Below are positions 22,459 to 35,544 of a stretch of 64,000 bases of DNA, in pieces. The position numbers and the translations under genes were made by a program. This DNA is from Takakia lepidozioides (lineage: Eukaryota; Plantae; Bryophyta), in assembly GCA_030704615.1 (NCBI GenBank), contig CM060731.1:74834001-74898000 (forward strand), written 5' to 3'. Below the pieces are notes generated by a model. It was not told the origin of the DNA and did not search any database. It saw only the letters and a list, made by a program, of their open reading frames with translations. How positions within the stretch are numbered: the first letter of the stretch is position 1; every line of letters begins with the position of its first letter.

Positions 22459-25400
22459 TCATCTCAGGTCTTCGTATTGTGAATGTTGTTTTGGAAATGG
22501 ATCAATTCGTCGGTTGTTTATGCAATCTCTCAAGTGGGTTCTCATGGCGGATATTGCGTATCGGGAATGTGCGGGATCTAATCCGAATGCTATATCCGTG
22601 GCATAAGCTATCGCAAATACGCCACAGGATGAACAGTCACTTTGTTGCATGACATCGGCATAGAGATAATTGAATTGTGGGACTGGGATTAATTTTCTTA
22701 GATGTTGTTCTATTTCCCTCGGTAGCTTCTTATCCGCGGGCATGCTAGAATCAAACACCGTACATTGATAATTCGTTCCATTCGAGTTTATCGTGGTTAA
22801 AATCCAATGGTTATTGTTGACGAACACGTGCTGCAGACTTCGTTCTGCCCAGTAGAGTCGAATACGCATGTTGCTGGTAGTTTTGTGTTTCCAATTCCTG
22901 ATCAAATAGAATTTGCATGTCGGCCGCCAAATGCTGGTCACACAACCATCCGTTATCATCCAACAGGATTTGCTCGTCGTGCGTCGTCAATAGAAGATCT
23001 TCGTGCCAATATGTTTCTTGGAGCACATCTACATTTTATGTGTCGGATTGTTCATCTTCGAAATCGATTTCTATGATTTTGACCGGTGTGAGAGATAATT
23101 CTGAGCAAGTTCGGTTTTCATTTGGTTCCATTGGTGTGAGATGTTCGGCTTCAAAATCGGTTACCACTTGCATTTTTTCAGACGCATGTCTCGGTTGGAT
23201 TGGATGTGGATGTGGCGTTTTGATGGCAGTGTTGGTATTCACCGTGCTGATGTGTTCTGTGGTCTTGTGTGATTTTTGTTCTTGGACATTACAACCGGTT
23301 TGTGGAGTCATGAACTGCAGTGAGCCTGTCTTGAATTTGGTTGTCTGGATGTCTTTGAACTTAATGTCCCGAAGTACTAGTCCTTGTAGCGAACGCAAAC
23401 GAGACAGTGTGACGTAAATGTTGTCCATATTCAAGGGGTGTCCATCTGGCGATTTTTGTAAGTCGATGATTATTCTGTCGAAAGTTTTGCCTTGGCCTTT
23501 GTAGTCGATTATGCAATAGGCGGGTATCAGAGGCAATTCGTGTCCGCTGATTTTGAATTTCTTTGGTTTTTTCAATTCATCCTCCGTGTGGTGATAATCG
23601 AACGTTCTTGAAATGGGTGTAATCGGCACTACGTTTTTTTAAAGATTTTCTAAATTTATGTCGCTCAATGTTTGATGTTGACTGATGAATTCGCTGAAGT
23701 CGATTAATACGTGATTTGGTGGGTGCATCAAGTTATCTTCACGTACGATCTAATTGTCTTCTGTTGTCGAGATCCCCACTATTTCTCCGACTGCACCATT
23801 TACAAGCCCCAATCTAGGATACAAATTGTCGGTGAACATAACTGTCATTCCTTTGTACAATCTCAAAAATGGAAGAAGGTTGTGGCTTCTATTCCTAGGT
23901 ACGGTTTGTCGGATTGCGAATTAGAACTCGTCGCGGAGTGTGTGCTTCTTGTAGGTGTCTGTGGCTACTATGGTGTAGGATGCGTGACTAGATTTACGTG
24001 TGTTATATTCTATCATTTGGTGATTGATGGCGTTCTTTAACTGGTTACGAGGTACGAGGTACGTTGCTTTATCCCAGGTTTCGTTGAACATGTTGACTTT
24101 CAGGTTCGACATGAATCTTGTCTGTAATAATTCAAAATCCGTTTGGGTGAAGTTATCTTCGCATATATTCTGTAGCAATTTCGCATATTGTACATCGTGG
24201 GCTTGCCTCATTTACTAGGTCAATATGATTGTGTTAGGGAGTATGTAATTTTCCATAGGCTTTTGCCTATAATTTTTTTCTGTGTGTATTTTGTGAATGT
24301 GAATATGAGATGTATGTTGGTGGAATAGAGAGGCGCATCGGTAACTGGTGGAAACTGCATGAAATCGCCCATGAACATTATGTTGAGTCTTTCGAAGGGT
24401 AACATGTTTGATTTGAATTTTTGTAATTTCAAATGAATATCGGCAATCATGTTGCATCCGACCATATATACTTTGTCTATAATCAAATAGTCAGTTCTAG
24501 ACCATTCGTTTATAAAAAAAATTGTGTCGGATTCATTGACACTCCGGTTGATTTTGAGTCCCAATAGAGCGTGGATGGTTGATCCACCTATGAGGGTTGC
24601 GGCATTGGCTGTGTAAGCACCAATTTTCAGGATTTTTGGTTTCTTGGTTTATATAAAGTACGTTTGGATTGCTTTAATTATTTCGGTCTTTCCCATTCCG
24701 GCAACACCTCCCACATACATTAACGTTTGTTTCCTTACATCGAAATGGTGATTTTGTGGATCTATGAAACGTTTAAATGCTGATTCCTGCAAAGTGTTGA
24801 GCTTGTATTTTTTCATGACAGAAAATTTAGTTATTTGATGTTGATCTCCATTGTGCACGATATTGGGAACTACATCGTAATTGTCATCATCTTGAATGTC
24901 CATTGGTTTGTTTTTTGGAATTTCTCTCAATTCTGGAATTTTGTGGTGAAGGTTATCGTTTTTGAATGACTGAGTTGCATTTGCGAACTCGTACAGTTCA
25001 TTGTCAATGCCAATGGGCGGATTTTTGGATTTGCGTAATGTTTTCAACCATTTCTTGGTTTGGGTTCTATTTGATTTTTTGGATGCAGTTTGGATTATTC
25101 CTATTTTTGGTGCGGTATGGGGTTGTGGTGATATTTTCCCGTTGGTATCCGTAATGAGCTTGTTGGTAACTTCGGCCACATATTTGTTTTCGCTTGTATT
25201 GTACATAAGATATTCGATTTGTAGCTTCTGGCCTTTTGTGACTATGTCTTCTGTATGTTGTGACGCCGAATTGTCGTCTATATATATTTCGTCGTTATCG
25301 TCTTCGTGCATTTCGTCTGGCATCTCATTGTATAACGGTCGATGTTGATGTCTTATGCATTCTCGTCATTGTCTGGATTTTCGTTCTTCAGTAACAGTCT

Positions 25401-25794
25401 GTCGGAGTCTCGTGATTCTTTGCATTCATGCAACATGTCGATATTTGCGATGATTTTTCTATTGAATTCCGAACATATTGGATATAGTTCGTCGAGAGAG
25501 TCTTCCCAACTTTGTTGTGATTTTGGCTTTAAGTCGTGGATAGATCTCCATGGCATGAATAGAATACAAACTGCACGAGTGTACATTGCTGCATCATTTT
25601 TTTTCGAATGTATTTTGTAGCCTTATATTACCGGCATTTTGGTTACTTGAGATTCATATACACTATGGGTGTCACTTTGCGGATGTTCATGCATGAATTT
25701 GTAGTAGTATGGGCTTTTCACCTTGCACGATTTACAGTAGAACTCGTAAGGTGACATTTCCCCGAACTTGTGTGGCATGCTTTGGTAATCAAAG
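22459..25794 (-). pseudogene. Helitron RepHel, block 3: Pif1-type SF1 helicase followed by a C48/Ulp1-like cysteine protease
   Basis: GGVAGMGKT (Walker A), YLIIDKV.MV, MGDFMQFPPV, MRQAHD, PAYCIIDYKGQGKTF and YVTLSRLRSL. The C-terminus has GWLCDQH, NNHWIL, FDS and QQSDCSSCGVFAIAYA. Confidence 0.88.
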
Positions 25795-25949
25795 AGATAA
25801 GAGTCTTTTAAGATCAATGTAGCCAATGACTTCATTTTGCAATCCATGATGCAGGGAAGTCGGTAAGTTGCCGTTCTAACCACTCTTTGGTTTATATTGG
25901 TGGTTGAGAAAATAAATATATAGTTGTTTGAAGTGACGTGACATGTGCC

Positions 25950-26123
25950 CTGTGGGTCAATCATGAGAGGCCAGCGGGTGCTGCGAGTTACTAGAACCCC
26001 ATTTTCTATGGAAAATGCATCAGCAGGAAGGCCTTGTAGGTTCCATTCTCTCACATCTCCAGCATCGGATAAGAATGACACAAATGTGAAATTTGGTGAA
26101 GATGCAATTTCTAGTTTTTGGAC
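25950..26123 (-). pseudogene. Isolated exon of an axonemal dynein heavy chain (DNAH2/I1-beta-like, ATP-binding/AAA5 region)
   Basis: FLSDAGDVREWNLQGLPADAFSIENGVLVTRSTRWPLMIDPQG, preceded by a ttgtag acceptor. No other dynein exons were recognised nearby. Confidence 0.85.
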
Positions 26124-29100
26124 CTACAACCCACGACATGCATAAAGGTAAGAAGGGTTAGGTCACACCAGATGTGGTTCCTTAACTTGTGCACATGCTG
26201 GTAGTGACCGGCTTGTGTTAGAGATGAAAATTTAAAGAATACTCTACGTGCCACAAAATTTCTCAAATGCTCAAATTGCAATGAATTTGCTCAAATTGCT
26301 CAATCTAAATTCGACTATCCTCCCACATGCAGGTTTCAAGTAAATGGGAGTTGTGGGAGAAGCCTCGCAGGGAATTGGTGGATACGTTATCCACCACTTA
26401 TGCATCTGACGAATTCAGAGAGACCTGCAAGGACTATGTATGCAACGGAGGAAATGTTATATTCACATGTTGAGCTTTTGTTTCTAAGGATAAAAAATTG
26501 CATGAGGTTGTCTTGCATGAAAACGAAGGCCATCATTTAGCTGTGTGAAGTGTGACCCTGACCTGTTCCGTTTCTGACATTTGAACTTATCGATCGACAG
26601 TTTTAGATAGGACTTCAGTATCACGAGCATCATCCATGGGCTTTCTGATCCAGCCATTGTTGTACGCAACCTGATTGAGCAGGTGTTTACTTCAAGAACG
26701 CAATTGGAAAGGAAATGTAGTGGACTGGAATGAGAGAGATGGACAAAGGTTTTTGACGGGTAGTGGGGTTGTAGGACCATGGGCAATAGGACCTTTGTTA
26801 GGGGTCGCTTCAAATGCCAGCCTGTTCTTGAATGGTAATGGCTGGATGTCAAGCTAGTTTTTTAAGTCAAAATCTATTCCCTGAAGCGTGATTGTAGATG
26901 GAGCAGTACAACATGAGTTGTAGCTGGTGGTTATGGATGCAACGTTATTATAAGAAATCAGATTTGGCTAAATTTCATTGCAGACCGTATAATAACCTAG
27001 CAAGTTGAGCAAAGCTGAAGTATATATTGGTAGTGAAGTCCATCAGCATTACCAACAGAGGTCATGCACTTGCAAGCTGTCACACATTGGGAAAAGGTGC
27101 ATTACTTGGAGCAGATATGATCCAATGTGGGACTTAATGGTCTTCAGCTCCTGTCGGACTGTCATATATGCATGTAGGTAGTGATTTAGTGAGAAAATGA
27201 GCTCGTGTGGAGCCCTAGGAATTGAGGGGCATTCACAGACGATCATACTAAATACTTCACAGTGTGACCATGGAGAGGAATTAAACCCCAACAGCTCCTG
27301 ACAAGTAATGCTCACAGGATAATTGTCTTGTGCCAACATTGGATGTAGTTAATCTGCTACTGTACTTCCTTTGTGGTTTTGAACTCCCTGACAACATAAC
27401 CAGTCGTCAGATAACAGTAAGGTCTTCGACGTTGGGCAAGTTACAGATTCTGAACCATTAGTACGCAAAATTTCTAACTATCTTTTATTTCGTGGTCTGA
27501 AGTAGTGAAAGGCATGTAGCATTGTTACCCCTTTGAATGTCCAAGCCTTGCCCCCATCGCTTCAGTACCCGGTGGTGCTGTTCCAAGGTCCAGTAGCCTA
27601 AATGATGGTGGCCAAGCTACATGGTGGTCACAGCAATTGGGAAGTGACTTGATGGACAAGATACTGATGAAACCTTGCCTTGTGTGTTTCCCGTGGTGCT
27701 CAGTGACTGGACTCACAATTCTGTTTTCTTCCCTTAATCAACACCCACAACTGACAAAGTGTTACTGACATGTATGTACATGTTATTATTTCTCATGTTT
27801 CTAACCGTGTTTGTGAGAATTGAGGCACTGCTGGGATTATCTTAGTTGTGATTGTAAGTTTTGGAAGAGTGGTCAGCTTGGGGTTGCTAGCTGTGGGGTT
27901 CATTGGGGGTATGGGATTGATAATGGTGTGCAGTATTTACAAATAAAAGAGTAGAGGATGAAAAAATAGTGAAGAGGGAAAACACCATCATATGTACGCC
28001 AGAGGAGTTGTGAATGCAGCATATATCTTACATCAAGAAAAGCTTTCTCTGTATGTGTCTTCCTTGTACATCTGCCATTTGGAAAAGTCTCTCCAACTTT
28101 TCATTTTTAGAACTGGTAAGGTGTGCGTAGTGACTACTTACAAGGGGCCGACCCTTGCAGGCCCATTGCCATCATTCCGTATGATAACTCGCCTATGCAA
28201 GCTGGGCATAGGCGGTTGTCCGTCGCAGGTTTCCCCATTTGCACTCTCTATCTGTAGATTGTGGGAGCCCACCCTGAGAAGGTGAGAATTGGGAGGCTCT
28301 CTATCACTTTGTTAATTTAACCGATTAATTTTCAAATGGTGTCAGTGCAGACACTGTTGGTGAAATGTGTAGGAGATGGTTTTGGAAGTGCTTGTTGTTT
28401 CTGTCCTCTCCAAGTCTCTCTCTAATGAATTTGACAGATCCTGGGAGGAGGGGTTCTTCCAATCTCTAGAGTTCGTATATTTGTGGGTAGAGATTACAGT
28501 GTTCAATTCATTTGTCATTGCACGGGATTTTAATCTTTTCATGATATGCTCACCAAGTTGTTTTTTATACACAGTCTGTCACAATTGACATTGGCTTCAT
28601 TCAAAGTGCTCATACCTTCACAAGTAAAATGGTAGAAACTGTGAGAAAATAGTAGTTTGAGTTGGTTGTCAACAGTGAGATTTGCATGGCTGATGTCACT
28701 GATGTTTTTGTCTCCTGGTTCAATCTGCATTAGATTTGATGTGTCTTGCACCTTGCTTACCTTTCTGTTTCTTTCCCTGCTCTACTTTTCTTACTTTCTC
28801 TTCTCCACCATGCCATGTGTGGTCCTGATTTGACCAACCTCCAGCAAGCACCAGTAGTGCTTTGCTAGTTATAAGATACCGCCTCACTTACTTGCTCTCT
28901 CTCCAGCTGTGGTTCATATCCTCTTATTTGCAGATCCTCTGTCTCCATCACTTCCTCAGCCTCTTTTAGCAGCTTGTTCCGCTGTCTCTCAAATGATCGC
29001 TCTATGACTCTCGTGTCTACTATTAAGAAAACTGGACTGTGGTGGGCAGACCAGACTACATCTACATAATGTTAAAACTGGATTTTGCAATTAGGATGGT

Positions 29101-30969
29101 CATTTACCTCGGTCTGAGAGAGAAAGCCACAGTTCTATAGATTAGCGTGATTAATTTTAAAGTCGCACTCTTAGGGTTTAATTCTCCTCAAAAACCCACC
29201 GATATATACTTTAAGCTGCCCCCGCCTCTCTCTCTCTCTCTCTCTACACCATACATACAAACAACCATGTCAACATTGGAAATAGCCGACACAATAACAC
29301 TGTAACAGACCAAGAAATAACCCACCAAGACATGACAAACGTGATATACGACAGTTTCACGTCCAATGACCATCATGCCCTAAAGGTAACACATGGAAAC
29401 GCCTGCCCAACAGTACAAACTTCCACAACGCCTTGTGGAACGTCCCTTCGGACCGTGAAGAAATAACAATCTTCGTAGATATTGCAAAATTCCCCTACTT
29501 GGCAAAACCGGGAATTACAGATTCGTGACTTTCGCCGAAGAACTAAAAGACGCAAAATTCACAATATTAATAGAAGACAGCCATTTCATGTTCGACTACA
29601 CAAAAACAATAACGGAATGGTCCGATCATTGGAGGAGGAGAGGCGAGGACATGAGGTGGATGGGTGGAAACAACATGAGCTTCACGAAAAAAAACTCCTA
29701 AAAAATAACGCAAACAACTCTGGCTCGACGTCCGGTAACAACAAATGTCAAAAAACAAACAACGACGAGATGTACAATACAATAGAAGTCCTTAACAAAA
29801 ATGGCCAAAAAATGGATGGAGAATCCGTACGTTCAGGGGATCTCGTTGCAATCAAGTGTAACATCCGATATTGGATGAATTTCGAGCCGCGGGAGCGGCG
29901 AGAGTATTCAGGGCCAAATTACAACCGGTAACCTGCTGACTCCCACCTGCTACCTCACATAACCAGTTTTAGGATAAGTTGAGCTGTTAGATGTTTTCCA
30001 TGTGTGTCGTCCATTCCTTAAAATGCTATGTGCATTGTCCGATCAATTGAGCCCTTATTTGACATGACAAGCTAAAACGGTCACTCTACCTACCTATCTC
30101 TTCGACCTTGTTAAGTGAGGGATTAGCATTCACTTTATGAGGTCCGCTTTCTGTGGAGTCATGCAGTGGGAAATGTTTGAAGGGCAATGACTATGGGTTA
30201 TAACCGAAGTCCTTAGAATTAGAGAAGGACACATTGGCAAGACCCATCCACATGGTAGGTAGGAAAAAATTGAAGGGCGAAGAGTATGGGTTATATCCAG
30301 CGTCCTCAAAGCCAATAAAACCATGACACATTGGCAAAACTCATCCTAAAACTAGTTGTGTGGTTCAATATACTTTACATGGAAGAGAGAGAGGATTTCA
30401 TACATGTCAAATGTATAGGAGGAAGGGCATGAGTGGAGGGCCTTCCGCCATATGAGGGCCGTAGACGAGGGCGGTAGCCCGAGACCAGGTCCCGAAAATG
30501 GCGGAAGGGCATATACAATGGCCTTTCTCCTGCGTAAAGAACTATCCAAGGGTTTGCCCCTATTTCTTTCCACCATCTTTATCTTTCCAAGTTCTATCCA
30601 ACCTATGTCATATCGTCGTGCTAGCTTGTCAGAGCGACCAACCATACTATCATTCTTACTTGCTAAGCATTGTGATTTTGTGAATATCTTCGTGAAGTAC
30701 CTAATGAACAACATGAGATGAACACGCTTGAATGGACAAACAAGCTGCAGACTTAGCAGACGCAAGTGAATCGCTCTGAAGAGGTGATGCTGCACTTAAC
30801 AAATGAGCCTTGCAGGGAGGAGATCGACACATAAGCAAGAGGCACTCCGCAGCAATGTCTAGAGTAGGTGGCTCCAAACTTCGAGATATCTTGAGAACGA
30901 GAAGTTATATGTAAATTTCCACACAGTTTCTTCGCAGAATAACCTTCCAAACCCTGGACAACAGCCATC

Positions 30970-33470
30970 GTGCTAAAATTGACACGAATCTCCACTATAA
31001 TCATGATGACGGAGCGCCGAAAATTGTGTGCTCAAAATGCACTTGACTCATGGAGAGAATTTAAAGGATATGATACTTCCAAGACGATAGCGGATCTTTC
31101 AAAGGTTAATAATGTAAAAAGTTTGGTCAATATGCTTGTGATGTTTATTCTACAAGTCGCAAAAAAAGATGGATCGCTCTACCCTCCTACAAAGGTTTAT
31201 GGATTGCTCATTCTTTAGTCTTATTTTAATTTCCTCTCTGCTTGATCTCTCTCTCATTTGTTCAGTGACTGATATATTTATTGATTGTGGTGTCTTCATG
31301 AATAGCATCCAAGGACTCGTCCAAGCTATTGGACGCCTCATTCGGGCTCGTCAAGAACAAGGAATGGTTCATATTGGTATTCCTGAAGTGAAGTTTAATC
31401 TCTTTCAAGATGTGCATTCGACTTATTGCATATTTCTCAGGAGATTGGTGAGTGAATCCATGGACAAATATGATGTTGTAGTCAATATAAGCATCGATCT
31501 CACTATATGTTCTTATACTCTTCATTCTGGTGCTAAAGATACCGAATCTGACGATGATGTAAATGACATGTTGAGTGTAAGTTCGCTCCACCGGCAGACC
31601 ACTTTGTGAATGATGTCGACGATGAAGTCGCAAATACTAAAAACGATCTAACTTTTGATGTTCTTGGCAATGACTCTCATGCACCAGCCAAGGCTAAGAA
31701 CTCTCGATTTAGGAAACTGGACGAATATGAGGAGGACAGCGTGAACGCCGGAGGCTGCCGACGGAACAAACATGCTAAGGTGGTCATCCAAAGCTCGTTT
31801 GGGAAGATCCGTAAATGAAAGCAACGTTCTGACCAGGGAATAAGATATTATGATATTAGCTTAGCCTAAATGTCAATCTAGTACCCATGGGATGCAATCT
31901 AGTGGCAAATAATCGCCAGATTTTGACCTCACGCGGGTCTTGGCGACATGGGCAAAGGGAAATGAGGCTGAAAATTGCAATCTTTTCGCCAAAAGCTGAT
32001 CTGGTGGGGCCATCATTCGCCAAAGGGGGTGCAAGAGGGAGGCACATGACGCCATATTGAATGAAGGCAATTTACAACAGAGGAGCCAGTTCCCACCGAC
32101 CACCTGCAGGACATCGCCCCATTCCGAGTGGGCGGGAGGACGTGGAGCCAGCTATGCTGCCCATTTTTCTACACACACACACATATATATATATATGGGT
32201 AAGTATAGTCTGTATAGATAGACTTTCAGAGATAAATTTGTAGCTTGTGTATGGGTAGCTTATCGGTAGATAACTCCTTTGGTAGCTATTCCACTTGGTG
32301 TTCAATTCCTAACACCTCATTATTTTTTCGATAGCAACCTGGTTTGGATGATAAAGTTCTTAAATATGAAAAAGATGGCCGTGGAGGAGACTGTAGAGGA
32401 GGAGGATAATCAAAATGGTGGTAGAGATTTACAAAAACAGAATGAGACATTCACTTATTCATTTTTTTTGGGATGAAAAGACACATGCAAGTCGCCTCAG
32501 CAAGTCTAATAGGTTCAACACCCATTCAAAATCTCATATTATCGCCAGTCATCTCGACTATGTAGTTTGCGCCATACGTGCTCCTCTAAGGTTCTCATGG
32601 ACGCCACTTGTGCTACAATGTAAATACCTTAAAAGAAACGCTGAATCTAAGGTTCTCATATTTTTGCAACCGCAACTTCTTCATGTGGGCAGCATCGGAG
32701 TTGCGTAAGATCGATGATTATGATTTCTAGCTTGTAAATCTTTCTACAGGGCTTGTGCTACAATAAGATTTGTTTCCAACTTTCTTTGAAGTCTTATCGA
32801 GCTTATTGTCAAGTATCTTTGTGCACAATGGTAACTATACATTATGTATTGTTTTGTGCAGGTTTAGTCAAGGGATTTCGAAGAATTTGTGATTGGACCT
32901 TATTCACTGTGGCGCTGAAGTGAATTGCCCTACCAGCGATGTCATTAACACTTACATACACATCATGAATCACCGTCTTGTTGTAGGAGAAGAAGCAGGA
33001 CCGCAACCGTTTTTTCTAACCCCTCGCTCCAAATGGTATTATAAGGTTGATGTGTGGTACTCAAAATGCCTTGTCGGAGTCAATATGCTCAAATCTTATA
33101 CTTAAAGACTCACCTGTGAGATACCAGTACTTGTAGGAAAAGTGTTGATCAACAAAGCTGGTAGATCTGTTGGTATTAGTAGCATGCATGACGCAAACGT
33201 ATCAGTGGAGGACGGGATGCTACAGACCAGTCACATGGACCATAAGTCCTACGAAAAGTAAGATTCGATGATTTAATGGCAATTGGATTTTGTATCAATG
33301 TGTTGATCTTTTAGGTATGGCTATGTGTTAACAGGTATGATCAAAGTTCCAATGGTATTCAAGATCGTGCGAGTTAGAGGATAATCTTTGGAGAGGTTCG
33401 TCCTGATGGCAAGTCAGTTCGATTTGCTGATCTGCTTGACGGAGAGAGGGATAGGTACCAGAAGCTTAGT
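30970..33470 (+). mobile_element. Degenerate Crypton-like (DUF3504-type) tyrosine recombinase gene with introns; its middle is replaced or interrupted at ~31415-32860
   Basis: ALDSWREF..MFILQVAKKDGSLYPPT; FFLTP..WYSK..VGVNML; INKAGRSVGISSM (HxxR box); QTSHMD..SYEKY (H..Y box). Confidence 0.65.
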
Positions 33471-35544
33471 GTATGTATGTACATCCATATGTTCGGTTTC
33501 ATTTTATAACTTATGGTGTCACTTTACCCTGAGGTTGGGTAGTCCATGAGCATGCTCACGTGAGCACAAGGGCATATTCCCCGAATTTCCATGATACCCG
33601 TAAAATATTCCACAACGAAACGAAATGGGCGAAATAACACATAAAGAACAAGTAGCCCCTATACCTGATGAACATATTACTATATAGGCGTGGTTTTTCT
33701 CCACAACAGGAGCGGGAGAGGGCCTCCTCGCCTATGGATAATTTCGCACAGCGAAACTCTGTACCAACCAGCTTGAGAAGAAATCACACTGTAGCTGAAA
33801 GGATGAATAGGTCACTTTTAAAGTCCCCACCCATTCCTTTTGGATGTGGGATTGTTGGGTGATGGGATTTCGTATAGAAAGTTTTGACTCAAGCTATACC
33901 ACTAAGGGTTTCTCAATGCGAAACCCACTGCTGCTTAGGTTTGTGCCCAATCACCAAATATTTCTCAATGCGAAACTTGCCGCCGCCGCCGCTATAGGTT
34001 TAGGTTTTTTGGCTACACTACTTAAGGTTTGGCCTCGCTGAATTGGCACAGATATAACATACCAGTCCTCTATACCTGCTTATGGAAAGATATAACTCCT
34101 ATTACCGAGCTTAAAAGACATAAAACTCCCATGACCGGGGGGTTGTGCCCCCATACCAACCCCACTTTACCCTAAAAGGCTACTACTTCCGTTTGAAAGG
34201 TAAACGCCTTCTAGCAGCCGTAACCTGGCAACATAGGAGGGTCAGTAACCGGTTGATTTCCATTTTTCTCAACAAAGCTCAAGAAGCCGACACTACCTAT
34301 CCTGCAAAAGTACCATAAAAAATGTTGAACTAGTGCGGAGCAACCTGGAGGACTAGTTCTAGTCTGAATGTCGGAGACTAGTTTTAGTGTATAGCAGGAA
34401 TAGGGGGCCTTAATGAACGAGAAGAGATCTGACATTTTTTCAATGGTCATGATCGCATCTGGAGGCGCAGATATGACGCGCAGTCGCTGCAATCGTTGTG
34501 CATCATCCATGAGGGCGTTGTTTCATCCACGAAGGCTATTGTTACATCCGGGAAGGCATTCATTTCATTCAACAGTTCTCTACATGAAGTAAGGTAATCG
34601 CCACATGTCAACCGATTACCTGACATGGGTCGGTCGCCCTTTCGTCTCGCAGTCGCTCCCGCGGCTCGACTTCCAGGGCTCCCCATTATATGCGGTAATG
34701 GCTTTCCACGCAGCAATTACCTAGTTCGCATGTGCCAATAAAATACAAAGAAAAATATTGGCAAGCTCTTTCCACTCTGTAAGCACCCCTGCTAGGTAAA
34801 AGCTGGTGTTTCTTCTTTGGGTTGTTTTGGGCTGCCCATCAAGCATGCCTTTGGTACTGGAAATGAATACAATCCTGAAATGAAATCATCCATCCATTCC
34901 CAAGAAACTACTTCAGTAAAACTATACCTTTCTTTTCGAAGTCCTTTTCATCTGCACTACGCACACCTATCCAGAAAAGCAACCATACATATGCAGCCAT
35001 TTTTACTGGATATGGTTTTACCCCATTCCAGTACTTATCCCGCAATCCCAATATGTACAAATTTGAGGCAGCGAGAGATTTTGAGTGGCAGTATCATTGC
35101 CTTTCCTGTTGGTCGCAGAACTGACTAAGGCCGATTCGCAAATAGACTCTCAATTTTGGGATTTTCAATACCGGTCATAAACAGATATTTGTGTTATCTG
35201 GAGGCTCCCTGGGTACACTTTGAAAATCAAGCAACACAGTTAATTAAAAGGATTCAAACCATGAGGCCATGACTCCATAAGCCCTCAAAGGAGCACTGGA
35301 ACAATCTACTTCACACCAGAGTCTTTTCTCTCTATAATGAAACTAGTACCCTTAATTGATCGAATATGTTTTGATTTAAAATAAACAATATTTTTCAATT
35401 TTCACACCTTGTTGCTTGAGAAATCAATGGAATTGAATAGACATGTACAATTAGAAGGTGAATAGGCAAGATGCGGAGTGTTTCAATTTCCTACGCAACT
35501 GGAAAATTCATCCTTCCCTTACCTTTTCTCTATCAATACATGTC

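Noticed and set aside
26200-29000. Short ORFs possibly representing further captured exons
   Set aside because: No recognisable motifs or consistent splice pattern by eye; a database search is needed.
34211-34716. Two overlapping minus-strand ORFs downstream of cFBP
   Set aside because: No recognised domain and frameshifted relative to each other, so they cannot be supported as a gene.
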